Shown here: piece after piece, positions 63,606-64,000 of the stretch | Numbering within the stretch: position 1 is the stretch's first letter | Layout: each line of letters starts with the position of its first letter | NCBI RefSeq assembly: GCF_023055435.1 | Contig: NW_025963779.1 | Span: 84,444,001-84,508,000 of the forward strand | Direction of reading: 5' to 3' | Length of the DNA stretch: 64,000 nt | DNA from: Haliotis rufescens | Taxonomy: Eukaryota | Notes under the pieces: model-generated | Database searches by the model: none | What the model was told of the DNA's origin: nothing | What the model saw: only the letters and a program-made list of their open reading frames with translations | Program-made: the position numbers and the translations under genes

Positions 63606-63672
63606 ATGTTGAAGTTCTCTGGTATCGGTATTGCTCTTCTGGGACTTGTCCTCGCTATTGACGGACAGATGG
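63606..63672 (+). CDS. Exon 1 (signal peptide) of copy B3; gene continues beyond window
   Basis: MLKFSGIGIALLGLVLAIDGQM + G|GTAAGT. Promoter and intron start are homologous to B1/B2. Confidence 0.8.
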
Positions 63673-64000
63673 GTAAGTAGTTCTCCCCTTGGTGTCAGTT
63701 ATGTAAACTGTCAACGTTACATAAGCCTGTTGACGTTGCCTTAACGCTCAACGACGTCATTGTTAGTCGGTGGTAGATAGAGATGCGTTACCTCGTTGAA
63801 CAGACGTCGACCGAGTCATTATTATTATTATTATTATTAATTTTATTATTATTATTATTATTAACAATATGTATGTACGTGGTTTGCATCGGTAATGCGA
63901 TAGTTAAGAAGGAAATAACGTTTGCCCGCTGTGTATGCGTTGTATGTGATATGCATTCAAATTCCCTGGTCACTCTTGATATTTCATGGATATTTCTCCA

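Overview
Animal genomic DNA, probably a mollusc. The SINE and Penelope-type repeats suggest a gastropod such as abalone, which is an inference only. The window holds a + strand tandem cluster of small three-exon genes (signal-peptide exon plus two single-domain exons, all introns phase 1). They encode ~150-aa secreted proteins with two chitin-binding type-2 (peritrophin-A/CBM14) domains. Subfamily A has five copies: A1 is a pseudogene, A2 is intact, A3 lacks its own exon 3, A4 lacks the signal-peptide core and promoter, and A5 is intact and divergent. Subfamily B has B1 and B2 intact, plus exon 1 of B3 at the window edge. The most unusual structure is in intron 1 of every A gene: the exon-2 splice acceptor is itself amplified as a 46-bp VNTR (11/27/4/7/16 units), and only the last AG yields a productive mRNA. 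The rest is layered mobile DNA: a MULE relic in the A promoters, MITEs, at least four SINE families, and a decayed Penelope-like element with an I-group LINE inserted in its RT catalytic motif. There are also Kolobok-, Crypton-, Harbinger- and mariner-like pieces and many locally born minisatellites. Almost all entries in the ORF track are spurious or partial exons.
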